Assembly (NCBI RefSeq): GCF_964204645.1
Contig: NC_134026.1
Location: 20,804,150 to 20,868,149, forward strand
Reading direction: 5' to 3'
Length of the DNA: 64,000 nucleotides
From: Tubulanus polymorphus
Taxonomy: Eukaryota; Animalia; Nemertea
Positions within the stretch are counted from its first letter, which is position 1; each line of letters starts with the position of its first letter. Shown here in pieces: positions 63,999-64,000 of this stretch. Under the pieces are notes generated by a model, which did not search any database, was not told the origin of the DNA, and worked only from the letters and a program-made list of their open reading frames with translations. The translations under genes were made by a program, and so were the position numbers.

Positions 63999-64000
63999 AA

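Overview
Animal (most likely lophotrochozoan/spiralian) genomic DNA, mostly intronic and rich in small transposon relics. Almost all of the supplied ORFs are spurious; the real genes are spliced. (1) Plus strand: the last four coding exons of a selenoprotein S (SELENOS/VIMP) gene (524-630, 5266-5355, 54141-54216, 56064-56155). It ends ...FCYRPSRFGGGGVGGG-U(TGA)-G-stop, with a type II SECIS candidate about 3.7 kb downstream (core 59893-59940) and a distal poly(A) signal at 60482. (2) Minus strand, nested entirely inside the 48.8-kb SELENOS intron: a neuropeptide KY type 2 (NKY-2-like, ...WIWLPGQGY...KLMRYamide) precursor gene. It has a single coding exon (12967-12629) and an inferred TATA/Inr promoter and non-coding first exon about 32 kb upstream (45418-45323). 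(3) The 3' exons of an unidentified convergent minus-strand gene with a cytosolic-tail-like C-terminus (YQNPAF...DDDDF). Repeats include Helentron/DINE-1-like elements with internal 154-bp arrays, many MITE families, a palindromic element with outward-facing tRNA-like promoter boxes, L2 and RTE LINE relics, and two TSD-flanked Penelope-like fold-back insertions, one carrying a minimal hammerhead ribozyme. Family assignments rest on motifs recognised by eye; no database searches were run.
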